The position numbers and the translations under genes are program-made. A stretch of DNA of 64,000 nt from Mobula hypostoma (taxonomy: Eukaryota): positions 42,348,001 to 42,412,000 of the forward strand of contig NC_086108.1 of assembly GCF_963921235.1 (NCBI RefSeq). Reading direction: 5' to 3'. A model generated the notes under the pieces. It did no database searches and had not been told where the DNA came from. It was given only the letters and a program-made list of their open reading frames with translations. Shown here piece after piece: positions 1 through 11,871 of the stretch; position 1 is the stretch's first letter; each line of letters begins with the position of its first letter.

Positions 1-561
1 ATGATCCAATATTCCAGCGATCACTTACTGAGGATGAACAATTATGTGCTTTTGAGTAATCTTTTCAAATAACTGTAAATTAACAACTGTCTTTTCTGAT
101 TAGAAGCAGCAGTCACTGTTCAAGATTAAAATGTAAAACAAAAACATGTTTTTGAAATGTTCTCAATACCATTTTTATAGAGTGCAATTGCAAAGCTGCT
201 CTAGTTTCATTAACAGTTTACTTGAATGGAGTAGATCCACCTATCACCAAATCACAAAAAAAAAATGACCAGGGTGAATAACTTGATTGGGAGTGGGCAC
301 CTTTGATTGTTTGCTTGTATTGAGCGAAGAATTTTAATTTACCAGTCCTTTGCCCACATTTTGGTCGCAATAGTTGAAGAATCAGGATTATGGCAAAGAT
401 TCCCTCAAGGCATTGTTACCATGCTAGTTTGAAATATATAAAAATAGAAAGTAACATTATCCTCAATAAACATGGAAATCATCATAATTTACAGACGTGA
501 TCAGAAGTCATGATATCTATTAATTCATTACCAAATCTAATCCTTAATAGCAAAATGATCT

Positions 562-1910
562 TCAGAATCCGGTTTAATATCACTAGCATATGTCGTGAAA
601 TTTGTTGTTTTGCAGCAGTAGTACAGTGCAAGAAATAATAATTTACAAATTACAATCAGAAGTATATATAAATTAAATTAAATAGTAGTGCTAAGAGCGA
701 GCACAAAGAAAAGAAAATAGTGAGGTAGTGTACATGGATACATTGTCCAGTCAGAAATCTGATGGTGGACGGGAAAGGAGCTTTTCCTAAAACATTGAGT
801 GCACTTCTTCAAGCTCCTGTACCACCTCCTTGATGGTAGCAATGAGAAGAGGGCATGTCCTGGGTGATGGGGATCCTTAATAATGGATGACATCCTTATG
901 AGGCATTGCCTTTTGATGTCCTCAATGCCGGCAAGGCTAGTGCCCATTATGGACCTGGCTGAGCTTGCAATGTTCTGCAGCTTTTTCCTGATTCTGTGCA
1001 TTGGCCCCTCCATACCACTCTTGAGCTGCAACCAGTTAGAATGCTCTCCTCAGTACAGAGATAGCAGTTTACAAGAGTCTTTGGTGCCATACCAAATCCC
1101 TTCAAATTCCAATTGAAATATTGTCATTCCTTCTTGTAATTGTATCAATATGTTGGGCCCAGGATAGATCTTCATTTTTTGTTTATTCTTATTGATATAC
1201 AGCGTAGAGAAGACCCTTCGAGCCCTTCGAGCTACACCACCCAGCAATACCTGATTTAACCTAGCCTAATCATGAGACAATTTATAATGACCAATTCACC
1301 TACCAACTGGTGCGTCTTTGGACTGTGGAAGGAAACCGGAGCACCCAGAGGAAACCCTTGCAGTCATGGGGAGAACGTGTAAACTCTTTACAGACAATAG
1401 CAGCAAATGAATATTGGTCGCTGGTACTGTAAAGTGTTGTGCTAACCTCTAGGTTATACTCAGGAACTTGACACGGTTCACCCTTTCTTGCTGATCCCTC
1501 CGTGAGGACTGTTGTGTGTTCCATTGACTTCCCCTTCCTGAAGTCCTCAATCATTTCCTTGGTCTTACTCTTGACAAGTACAAGGTTTTGTTTTGACTTC
1601 ACTCAACTAACTGATCATCTCACTACAGTACTGCTCCTCATCACCATCTGAAATTCTGCCAACAATAATTCTGTTGTCAAATTTATAATGGTGTTTAAGC
1701 TATGCCTAGCCACACAGACATGGGTGTAGAGAGACTAGAGCAGTAGGCTAAGCACGTATCCGTGAGGTGCACTAGAGTTGATTCTATGACGAGGAGATGT
1801 TACTACTGATCCACAATGACTGTTTTCAAGGATCCAGTTGCAGAGAATAGTACAGAGACCTGGGGTTTGGAGCTTGCTGAGTAGTGCTGTGGGTATGATG
1901 GTGTTGAATC
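562..1910 (-). mobile_element. Degenerate Rex/Babar-type LINE 3' part, interrupted by a SINE
   Basis: ORF remnants IIKDPHHPGHALFSLLPSRRWYRSL, FNTIIPTALLSKLQTPGLCTILCNWIL and KTKEMIEDFRK. The gattctga-type tail is at 562. Collinear with the copy at 42410-43700. Confidence 0.8.
1173..1447 (-). mobile_element. V-domain (HE1-like) SINE
   Basis: Core ggactgtggaaggaaaccggagcacccagaggaaaccc. Related to the copy at 2610-2890. Confidence 0.75.
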
Positions 1911-2182
1911 TTCTCAGTTGAGCTGGTTTAAGTAGTTGTGGCATTAATCCCCACACTTTCAATTCTCAACCCGTCTTCTTGAACCATTGTGTAAAAGTTG
2001 AGATTTATCATGAAAAGATGACATTTACCATTAGAGGTTGAGGTACCTTATGTTTTTGTGTGATACCCATACTGTGTTCTGGTAAACCTGTTTCTTCCAC
2101 AATCAAATAGTATGAACTTCATCTGTTTAAGTGAAATGGAAACTAAATATCATGAATTCCTCACGAAACACTCTTTTTGAAG

Positions 2183-2316
2183 GATGATCAGAAAGCTGAG
2201 GAAATTGCAATGAAACGAGCCGCACTCTTGGAGAAACGTATGAGGAGGGAGAAGGAAAAACAGATCAGACAGCAGCAGTTAGAAGCAGAGATGGAAGAGA
2301 AGAAGGAGGAAGCGAG
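2183..2316 (+). CDS. CAMSAP2: CAMSAP2 coding exon (coiled-coil region), first exon visible in the window
   Basis: ttttgaag|GATGAT...GCGAG|gtat. Translates DDQKAEEIAMKRAALLEKRMRREKEKQIRQQQLEAEMEEKKEEA(R), recognisably like vertebrate CAMSAP2. 134 nt, ends phase 2, matching the next exon. Confidence 0.93.
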
Positions 2317-2609
2317 GTATTGCATAGTCATAGATTTAACATGTAAATATTAATAAAATAGATGTAAATGTAAATGTTTTATCACTGTGTTTGATTTGCA
2401 GAACAATAGTAGAATGTGATTATGTTAATTTTATTTTGGAGACAAGTAAGTACTGTTATGTGTGAGTGTATGTGTGTGTGTGTCCTTTAGGTCTTCCCAA
2501 GCCATGAGTTACTATATCACTGAGGCCACATTTGGCCAGTCATTGTTGGCTCCACATCCGTCAACCCCCTGTCACACTAATATCTCCCTTAATGTCAGGC
2601 TTGATAATC

Positions 2610-2892
2610 GAATATTTATTTATTTAGAGATACAGCGCGAAACAGTCTTTATCAGTGCAATGAGCTGTGTTGCACAGCAACCCACCTATTTAATCCTAGC
2701 CTAATCACAGGACAATTTGTAATGACCAATTAAGCTACTAACCAGTCTGTCTTTGGACTGTAGGAGGAAACTGGAGCACCCAGAGAAAACCCACACATTC
2801 ACTGGGAGAATGTACTAACTCCTTATGGACAGCGTCGGAATTTAACTCCAAACTCCGATGCCCGTGCTGCAATAGCACTGTGCTAGTTGCTA
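2610..2892 (-). mobile_element. V-domain (HE1-like) SINE
   Basis: Core ggactgtaggaggaaactggagcacccagagaaaacccac, with a (ttta)n tail at 2614-2625. Confidence 0.75.
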
Positions 2893-3434
2893 GTTTCTCC
2901 TGGGCAAAAAATCACTGCATTATTTCATAATAATACAATAATTTCTTGCCTGAGAGAAATGCTGAAAATAAATTAGAGGAATTGCTTATTAACCTATAAA
3001 ACTGTAGAAGTCATTCAAATTTGTAGAATCCTGCGAACAATACAAACTGATAAAAAAAATTTTAAAGAAATTCAAGGGCATTATTTCTTTTGGATCCATT
3101 AGCAGGTTAATTACTCTGCTACCAACTGATTTAACTGTATGATGGGCTGTGTTTGTAACAATGATTACATTAATTATGTCCATTGCAGCTCTGATCTAGT
3201 GGATCTAATTTCCACAATGTCATAGCTTTTGTTTCTATGATTCAAATGTATTGAATGCAATGGAAGAACTAGGCAGCAGCAGACCATTTCATGAAATCTT
3301 GACCCACCTTTAACAACTGACTGTGGTGTTTACGTCACCTCAATGGTAATAGTCCTCCGGGCGCTCTTCACGTCATCCAGGGTCAAAGCTGATCTTCTTT
3401 TGAGTAGTAAAAGATTGGTGTACTTCTGGAAATA

Positions 3435-3690
3435 GCATCTTTGGTGTGAAATATTAAAAGAAAGTTTAATCTTATTTCTTGGGTATAATATCCGATGGCA
3501 GTTTCATTGGAGTGTTCAGAAAATACATTTTTTAAATGCTCACTCTAAATATTGCTGATTTGCTGCATCTGTATTGGCTGCTGTGGTTCCTTGTTTGATG
3601 AGTTGCCTCAATTCAGAAGTATGTCATCGACTGTGAAGCACTTTGAAGTTTAAGGTTGTGAAGAGAATGCTGACAAATGTGAGTGTTTTA
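3435..3690 (+). mobile_element. Old Deu-domain SINE (SacSINE1/AmnSINE-like) remnant
   Basis: Tail ctgtgaagcactttgaag...gttgtgaagagaatgc resembles the Deu-SINE 3' region. A better copy is at 23650-23965. Confidence 0.5.
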
Positions 3691-3709
3691 TATCTTGAAC
3701 ATTCCACAG

Positions 3710-3927
3710 ACTCAAAGCTGAAGAAGAACGACAAAGGAAGGAAGACGAAAGGTCACGCAGAGAATTCATCAAACAAGAATATCTAAGGAAAAAGCAGTTG
3801 AAACTGATGAAGGACATGGATAATGTGATAAAACCTCGTCCTACTAGTCTGAAACTGAAGAAAGCTCGGCCGAGATCTTTTCGAGAGGATCCATCAAGTC
3901 CACGAACACCTGTTAGGTCATCAGCAG
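3710..3927 (+). CDS. CAMSAP2: CAMSAP2 coding exon
   Basis: ccacag|A...GCAG|gtaac. Translates (R)LKAEEERQRKEDERSRREFIKQEYLRKKQLKLMKDMDNVIKPRP...SPRTPVRSSA. Phase 2 to 1. Confidence 0.93.
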
Positions 3928-4416
3928 GTAACTAATAGCTTTCATTTTTAAGGACCTTCTTCTGTTGGAGATGGAGTCAATTACTCGTAAGTCATTTTTA
4001 GAGTTTATTAATGTCATTGAGTGCAACTGCCAATGTAGAAAGATAACAGGTCATGCAAAAAAGGCCATACATCAGCAGAAGACCCATTAGTGTCCTGGAG
4101 TGAAAAGGTGGGTGTGATGATGGGTTTTGCTTTCAAATTCTCACTGTCTCCCACCCTCTCTCTAACCCCATCCCTGTGAAAATGAAAATTACGTTAAAAC
4201 TCGTTATATGTTCTTTCCTGGTTCAGCTTTAGGTATTCGCAAACAAAGTTCAAGACCACAAGAAAACAATTTGTTAGAATTAGCACAAATTTAATTCAGG
4301 AAGAAAAAAACAAATGTCTACAGTAGTAGCAGTACAGAAATCAAAATAATACTTATCATTCACTAAGAGAGCTGATCTGGAAGGGGCCATGGATCTGACA
4401 ACCTCACACACAGCCT

Positions 4417-5712
4417 AAACACAAAATAATCTGCAGATGCTGGGGTCAAAGCAACACTCACAACACGCTGGGGGAACTCAGCAGGTCGGACAGCATCCGT
4501 AGAAAAGATTGGTCAACGTTTCGGGCCGGAACCTTTCATCAGGACTGTAGAGGGAAGGGGCAGAGGCCCTATAAAGAAGGTGGGGGGAGGGTGGGAAGGA
4601 GAAGGCTGGTAGGTTCCAGGTGAAAAACCAGTAAGGGGAAAGATAAAGGGGTGGGGGAGGGGAGGCAGGGAGGTGATAGGCAGGAAAGGTGAAGAAAGAA
4701 TAGGGGAAAACACAATGGGTAGTAGAAGGAGGCGGAACCATGAGGGAGGTGATAGGCAGCTGGGGGAGGGGACAGAGTGACATAGGGATGGGGGAAGGGA
4801 GGGGGAGGGAATTACCGGAAGTTGGAGAATTCTATGTTCACACCAAGGGGCTGGAGACTACCTAGATGGTATATGAGGAGTTGCTCCTCCAACCTGAGCT
4901 TAGCCTCATCGTGGCAGTAGAGGAGCGGAGGTGCTCGACGAAGGACTGTTTGGGGCCCTGAATGGTGGCAAGAGAGGAGGTGTAGGGACAGGTGTAGCAC
5001 TCAGGGCCCCAAACAGTCCTTCCAGGTGAGGCAACATTTCACTTGTGAGTCTGTTGGGGTCATCTATTGCATCCAGTGCTCCCGGTGCGGCCTCCTCTAC
5101 ATCGGTGAAACCCGATGCAGATTGGGGGACCGCTTCGTCGAGCACCTCTGCTCCGACCGCCAAAACAGACAGGATCTCCCGGTAGCCACCCACTTCAACT
5201 CTGCTTCCCATTCCCATTCAGATATTTTCATACATGGCCTCCTCTACTGCCATGATGAGGCTAAACTCAGGTTGGAGGAACAACACCTCATATACCGTCT
5301 AGGTAGTCTCCAGCCCCTTGGTATGAACACAGAATTCTCCAACTTCCGGTAATTCCCTCCCCCTCCTTTCCCCTATCCCTATTTCACTCTGCCACCTCCC
5401 CCAGGTGCCTACCACCTCCCTCATGGTTCCGTCTCCTTCTACTACCCATTGTGTTTTCCCCTATTCTTTCTTCACCTTTCCTGCCTATCACCTCCCTGCC
5501 TCCCCTCCCCCACCCCTTTATCTTTCCCCTTACTGGTTTTTCACCTGGAACCTACCAGCCTTCTCCTTCCCATCCTCCCCCCACCTTCTTTATAGGGCCT
5601 CTGCCCCTTCCCTCTACAGTCCTGATGAAGGGTTCCAGCCCGAAATGTCGACCAATCTTTTCCACGGATGCTGCCCGACCTGCTGAGTTCCCCCAGCGTG
5701 TTGTGAATGTTG
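4417..5712. mobile_element. Penelope-like element fold-back insertion with a GIY-YIG endonuclease fragment
   Basis: ORF 5026-5352 reads VIYCIQCSRCGLLYIGET...EH...PVATHFN...LEEQHLIYRLGSLQPLGMN. An inverted copy lies at 4417-5000. Perfect 14-bp TSD ctcacacacagcct at 4403-4416 and 5713-5726. Confidence 0.9.
5616..5653 (+). ncRNA. Minimal type-I hammerhead ribozyme motif in the Penelope 3' end
   Basis: cagtc-CTGATGA-agggttccagccc-GAAA-TGTC-gacc. The inverted partner at 4511-4547 (-) reads cagtc-CTGATGA-aaggttccggccc-GAAA-CGTT-gacc. Confidence 0.65.
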
Positions 5713-6288
5713 CTCACACACAGCCTGTTTTTTTTCTTTCTTTCTCTGTCTGTCTCTCTCACTCTCTGTCTCTGTCTCTGTCTAACTGACTCAACATACT
5801 CTGACTCTTGACGCACTGTTATTAGCCATCAGCCATGACCTAGCCTAGGAGAAAAGTCTCTTCACCCTTGCACCAAGAAGCTGCCCTTTATGCCCCTTCA
5901 AAACCCCTCACACTGGTACTTTTTCATGCATTTGGTACCTGCACCTGCACAATGACCTCACCTTCCCGTGAAAAAGCATGTTTTTCACCATTTTCCACTG
6001 TTATGGCTATAGACTTGTACTCCCTTAACTTTCTCAAAACATCGCTTTGGACTGGTTCTCTTGTACTTTCTCAATCCCACTCCAAGCTAACACTGTTTTG
6101 TCTTACAGTCTTTCATTTTATTTTAGCATATAACAAGGAGAAACCACATTAAGTTTTTCCTTACACCCTGCCCCTCAGACAATGCTCTTTTACAGAAACA
6201 AGTGAATAGTACTTTAAAGAAGTAAACATTAAATTTGCTGCTTAGCTGTTTTATATTCGTGTTGACTCATGTGCTCACTCTTTTCTAG

Positions 6289-6361
6289 TGTCCTGCCTGT
6301 CTTTGGCATCACTGAACACAACAGACGCTGACAGTGTACATTCAGGAAAAAAATCTCCCAG
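6289..6361 (+). CDS. CAMSAP2: CAMSAP2 coding exon
   Basis: ttttctag|TG...CCCAG|gtaaga. Translates VSCLSLASLNTTDADSVHSGKKSP(R). Phase 1 to 2. Confidence 0.92.
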
Positions 6362-6769
6362 GTAAGAATAGTCATACTAGGCACTTAATTCTTTAGCATT
6401 AAGACAATTACTTGCTTTCATATTTGGGGAACAGATTTTAGTAGCTCTGAGAAAATGGGTCGCATGTCCTAATTTGCCCACTTGTGGCTTGGTATTTAAT
6501 TTTGTTTGATTGAGGCTCTTGTAAGGGTTCTTAGGACTCTTTCACAATGCTAACATCACTAAAAATAGATTTATTTGATCAGGTATTACATTGTTACTAT
6601 TTAAAACATTACATTAAAATATTAACCTAATCTCTAAAGTGAACTTGTGACAAAAATTGTCTGAAGAAATGAAGAATATGCTGTCACAAAAAAGACAGCT
6701 AAATTACTACTAGAAAACACTTCAATCATGAAGTATGGAAAGTATCTTAAAATCTTGGAACAGGTAATC

Positions 6770-7308
6770 AGTTGTGGAGTGCTGTGTTCAGTTCTGGTGT
6801 CCTTATTGGAAGGATGTGGAAGCTTTAGAGAGTTTGCAGAGGAGACTTACCAAGATGCTGTCTGGATTAGAGCATGTCTTATGAGGGTACGTTGAGCGAG
6901 CTAGGGCAAAGGAAGATGAAGGGAGCAAAGGAAGATGAAGGGTGACTAGATAAGTTGTGCATGATGGTAAGAGGCATAGATAGTGTGGATAGCTCGTGAC
7001 TTTTCCTAGGGCAGCAATAGTTAATATGAGGGGGCATAATTTTAAAGTGATTTGAGGGGAAGAGGGAGAGGAACATCTGAAGTAGGCTTTTTACATAATG
7101 GTAAGTGCATGACATGCACTTCCATGGCTGATGGTAGAAGCAGATATATTAGGAACATTTAGGAGACTCTTAGATGGGCAAATGGATGAAAGAAAAATTG
7201 AGGGCTATGTGGGAGGAAAGGGTCTGATTGAGCTTGCAATAGCTTAAAAGGTCGGCAGAACATCATGGGCCAAAAGGCCCGTATGGTGCTGTAATGTTCT
7301 ATGTTCTA
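6770..7308 (+). mobile_element. CR1 LINE 3' fragment
   Basis: Degenerate CVQFW...KDVEALE...QRR coding remnant, CR1 3' hairpin (gggccaaaaggccc) and (ttctatg)n tail. Confidence 0.8.
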
Positions 7309-7575
7309 CCTGGTGAAGCAACTTGGATAAATACATGCAATATTTTCAAAGGTGTAGTTAGTCATCTGCTTCCAAACATTCCCTTGTTACCTTATCATTA
7401 TTCAAGTAAACAATATAATTGCCTGACTATCTTTAAGGGCAAATAATTTTTATTAATGACATTTGGAGTGCTGAATTCTGATAAGTTAAACACTTAAAGG
7501 CATAGAATGGTCTGTAGAAAAAGACAATATAGATTGTCTCAATGTTTTGCAACTCGTCCTAAGGCAATCTAAACC

Positions 7576-8510
7576 CAGGGGTCCCCAACCTTTTTTGCAG
7601 TGCGGACCGGTTTATTACTGACAGTATTCTTGCTGCCCCGGGGGTGGGGGGATGGTAGGGTTGCCAACGGACAAGAGTAACCGTCAAATACGTTGTGTTT
7701 ACCCCAAGAAGAGTACCATGCCCATGAAGCCTTGCACGGGCACCAGTGCGCATGCGTGTTGTACGTGCCGATCTTTTTTTCTACAAGTCGTTTTTGACGA
7801 TTCTGTACCGGAATATAGGTGATAAGAACTATAAGTCACTTATAAGTGGCTAATACACTCAATTCCCTTTCTAAAAGGGTTTATCTTAACGAATTTAATA
7901 TTAAACGCACAGCGCATATTTTCCTCACATGACTATAGTGATAAGTCACTTATAAGTCAATAGCATCATAACATTTTAAGTAACGTTTGGATATTAAACA
8001 CACAGTGCATATTTTCCCCGTATGAACATATAAAATCATTGCAACACACCAATATCACTGAATCAGTGGGAGCCCTGGGCTTGTTTCCCTGCAACGAGAC
8101 GGTCCCATCAAGGGGTGATGGGAGCCAACGATACTCAAAGGGGATTCCTTATGTTCAGTCTATTCTGCAATTTAATTTTCGTGACATTCATTGCAGAGAT
8201 ATGTCGGAAATGGCAGCAACGTTTTCAGTGCTTTCGTGGCTATCTCAGGATACTTAGCCTTGACTTTGATCCAGAATGCCGGCAGAGATGTTATGTCAAA
8301 CATACTTTTCAGCCCACTGTCATTTGCAAGCTCAAGGAGTTGATCTTCTTCCCACGCTGACATGGACGACGCGCGGTTAATGACCTCGTGTGCGTTCAAG
8401 CTCAACGGTGCGTGACAGGGAATGAGGAAAGGTGCAGCTGACTTATATCACCAAATCATATCGTTTCCTCACGGCCCGGTAGCACATGCTTTGCGGCCCG
8501 GGGACCACTG
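7576..8510 (-). mobile_element. Non-autonomous hAT (Charlie/Buster-like) DNA transposon
   Basis: Ends caggggtcccc...ggggaccactg. 8-bp TSD atctaaac at 7567-7574 and 8511-8518, with one extra C on the left. Transposase C-terminal remnant EEDQLLELANDSGLKSMFDITSLPAFWIKVKAKYPEIATKALKTLLPFPTYLC. Confidence 0.88.
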
Positions 8511-8741
8511 ATCTAAACGATTGTGTAAAATTTATTTCATTATGCACTATGCTTGATTATCATTGTATCATAGACTCAATGTATTATGATACTGAAAGGA
8601 ATAAAGAATAATAAAATTTCAACACGCTTGATTACTTTTTCACTAAAATAAGTCATCTGCTATTTGCAATGTGTTGCATTGGTGGTAAAAATGTATGCTG
8701 TATTGATTGAAAACAATTCTTTTCCTAATTTAAATATCCAG

Positions 8742-8857
8742 AACAGAATCAGTTGATGGATTTATGTCTCCAGCTTGCTCTGCCAATCGGAATGGTGAAA
8801 AAGACTGGGAGAATGACTCAACAACTTCATCAGTTGCTTCTGCAACAGAGTACACAG
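8742..8857 (+). CDS. CAMSAP2: CAMSAP2 coding exon
   Basis: atccag|A...ACAG|gtatag. Translates TESVDGFMSPACSANRNGEKDWENDSTTSSVASATEYT(G). Phase 2 to 1. Confidence 0.93.
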
Positions 8858-10264
8858 GTATAGAGCTTGGTAATGTTTTCCCATTGCAGCCTTTTACTTT
8901 CAGTCATTCAACATGTGAAAAGGTTGTCAAGGTGAGTTTGCAAAGAATCACACAGAATAAGTAGCCCAGAGTAGGATGTTTGACTCAGCTGATCAAGCAC
9001 TAGCTCTCCAGACAAATGTAGTCATATATTGTACTGTACAGTTAAATAAGTAAAGAACATCCCTATTCTGAAATCATGGTGCAAAAATTGTAGATGCTTC
9101 ATTCTCCCTTGTCTTCAACTAGAAATGCAGAGTGGATTAAGCATCTCCAACACCTTTGAGATTCCCTCCATGCTTTTAGCCGGACTTCAACCACAGAGCT
9201 GACAAAAAAAGAGATCAGTGCACTGAATACTTAAACTAGTATCATCTCTAACAATATGCTGCTAATGGTAATCCAGAACCAGATACATGTGCAACCGACC
9301 TTTTGATATAGTTAAGTATCAGTGTGCAATGTTATCTGTCTATGATCTGTCCACAGAAGAACAAATTCAATCTGGCCAATTACAACTCATCAATCTACTA
9401 TTTTCATTAGCAATATGACAAATAATGTTCATGAACGTCCGGTGGAGCTCAACTTGCTAATGATCAAAACGTAGACTTAGTTTGAATTTCAACAGCGCCA
9501 ATCATGACCAGTTCTCATGATGGCCTTGGTCCAAACGGTATGAATTCTCAAAAAGAAGGAAGAGTAATAAGTGACTGCCTTTGAATTCAAGGCAGATTTG
9601 CTAGTTGGTATCATGCTGCTCTGTTATTGCACTTTTCTTCAATGGCTTCAGTGATGTCAGATGTGAGAATATTCCTTCTTGATCGACCATTGTTCATTTC
9701 CATATATTTGCTAAGTGATGATCATATTCCTTTTCGAACAAAAGCTTAAGCATTTCCTCTTTTCATTCAACTAGCATTGCCAAAATCCCCAATCTTGCTT
9801 ATCCTGGGGGTGTAGTTTGGGGGAATGGGATAGTTGAAGATCAGAAGTATTAACTGGAGAGAAAATTGTGGCCTTGAGCAGTGCAGAAGTTGTGTATTCT
9901 CCAGCCAGTGGTTGACTAGCTGGCTTCCAAATCTTTACCATTATTGACAAAATAGAAATGAGTTTCTTTGACCAGATTAGTTGGAAAAATGCAAACTTAA
10001 TTACATCTGAGATTTTTAAAAAAGTAGCCAGTTGGACAGATGGCCATCATCAACTTTAACAATGTATTCATTTCGCATCCAGCACAACATAACTGCAGAA
10101 CAAATGGTCTGAAAAATGGACTTTAGTAACTCATGGCTTCTTAGCCACCTGCTCCCAGTTACTCCCTGTAATATCGGTAAGAACAAGAGCAGCATACTTC
10201 ATGAGGTGTTACCACACACAAATTCTCCTCCAGGGTGCACATCAGTCTGAACTTGGAATGTATC

Positions 10265-10418
10265 CAAGCAACACACACAAAATGCCGGAGGAACTCAGCA
10301 GGCCAGGCAGCATCTCTGGAAAAGAGTAAACAGTCAACGTTTCGGGCCAAGTTCCTTCAGCATTTTGTGTGTGTTGCTTGAATTTCCAGCATCTGCAGAT
10401 ATTCTCTTGTTTGTGATC
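10265..10418. mobile_element. Short Penelope-derived fold-back insertion
   Basis: caagcaacacacacaaaatgc / gcattttgtgtgtgttgcttg inverted arms. Flanking duplication ggaatgtatc at 10255-10264 and 10419-10428. Confidence 0.8.
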
Positions 10419-10697
10419 GGAATGTATCGAAGTTTTTTTTGGAATTAAGGCATTATATTTCATTTAAGTACTCTGCTTTCAGGATTGACATAACTACAAA
10501 TGAACATTCTTTTTATGCAAATTATATTTTTCTGCTTAGAATGTGGTCATTGGATAATTAAAACAAGAAGCTATGTTTAAGATGCAGAATTTCTTCCTTT
10601 TATCCTCATACAGTACTAAATTAACCTTTTGACTTAACGTAAGGAGACATTTGATTTGTTCTTTCGGTACATTAATTTGTCTTGTTTACTTTTACAG

Positions 10698-10816
10698 GAC
10701 CAAGATTATACAAAGAACCCAGTGCAAAATCTAACAAACATATAATTCATAATGCAATCTCCCACTGCTGTTTAGCTGGGAAAGTCAATGAAAATCAGAA
10801 GAACAAAATACTTGCG
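10698..10816 (+). CDS. CAMSAP2: CAMSAP2 coding exon, start of CKK domain
   Basis: tttacag|GA...GCG|gtaaga. Translates GPRLYKEPSAKSNKHIIHNAISHCCLAGKVNENQKNKILA, the CKK N-terminus. Phase 1 to 0. Confidence 0.95.
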
Positions 10817-11568
10817 GTAAGATTGGAATTTCAAATTCCTAATTTTATATATTTTAATAGCTCAAACTCCTAGATGCAATAATATCATAGTTAACTTACT
10901 GGACTAGCAATTTATGGACTTGAGTTCAAATTCTACTGAGTTTTATATTAATAATTTTTGAAATGGAAAAATTAAACTAATATCAATTATGATGGCCATC
11001 AAATACTCAATTATCATTTAAAAAGAACTGTTCCAATAGGGAACAGGCTAGTATGTTCTCAACAATGGGCTTGATTCTTAACTACTCTCTGAAATGGCCT
11101 CACAAGCCCCTCAGTTCAAGTGCCACATTGCTATTTACATTCATATTTCCTAGCTGAACTGAAGTAGTGTATCACACTCAAATTGTATCTTCTTTGGTCA
11201 TGGAAAAAGCTTATTCATTTTACTGCAAATCACCACAGTGTGAAAAACGCAGTGGGTGGAGCACACTATATATTGCTACGTTTAGCTATTTCCCATGATT
11301 TGCCTTTTCCAAATTTCAACAGTCTGTTTTTTTATGTATACAGTCTGATCTTTGAATTGAAAATCTTCAAGTGCAACTCCTGCGCCATTTTAGCTAAGGC
11401 ATATATTTAGTTTAATGTGCAGACAGGTTCCTCTTCGTACAAAGAGCATTGTTGTGTGACCTTGCCTCACTGTGTTTGTAGAAAAAATTGATCAATATTT
11501 TTGTAATACAATATATTCAAAGGTTCTTTCAAAAATGTATTCTTATGGCTATATTTTTGTATTTTTAG

Positions 11569-11871
11569 GAAATGGAAAATTCTGAAGCAAATAACTTTCT
11601 GATCCTTTTCCGGGACGCCAGTTGCCAATTCCGATCACTCTATACCTACAATCCTGAAACTGAAGAAATCACTAAGTTGGCAGGAATAGGACCCAAAAAC
11701 ATTGGAAGGAAAATGATTGAGGGACTCTACAAATACAACTCAGATCGCAAGCAGTTTAGTCGCATTCCTGCCAAATCATTATCTGCCTGTGTGGACGCAA
11801 TAATCATCCACGGCCATCTGTGGCAGCATAAGAGACCCAACACTCCCAAAAAGCTCACTCCTAGGTCCTAG
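11569..11871 (+). CDS. CAMSAP2: CAMSAP2 last coding exon (CKK microtubule minus-end binding domain) with stop codon
   Basis: ttttag|GAA. Translates EMENSEANNFLILFRDASCQFRSLYTY...YKYNSDRKQFSRIPAKSLSACVDAIIIHGHLWQHKRPNTPKKLTPRS*, with TAG at 11869-11871. Confidence 0.95.
   Translation, partial: EMENSEANNFLILFRDASCQFRSLYTYNPETEEITKLAGIGPKNIGRKMIEGLYKYNSDRKQFSRIPAKSLSACVDAIIIHGHLWQHKRPNTPKKLTPRS

Noticed and set aside
4227..4232. Possible 6-nt CAMSAP2 microexon (cag|CTTTAG|gtattc) or alternative terminal exon
   Set aside because: The frame is compatible, but the donor is weak and there is no homology or transcript evidence.
5026..5352. Intact-looking GIY-YIG ORF as a stand-alone or domesticated nuclease gene
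   Set aside because: It starts at a GTG inside a truncated Penelope insertion, with no RT, promoter or splice support.
9240..10160. Possibly conserved non-coding sequence in a CAMSAP2 intron
   Set aside because: It looks like a heavily eroded LINE, but I cannot assign it or support it from the sequence alone.
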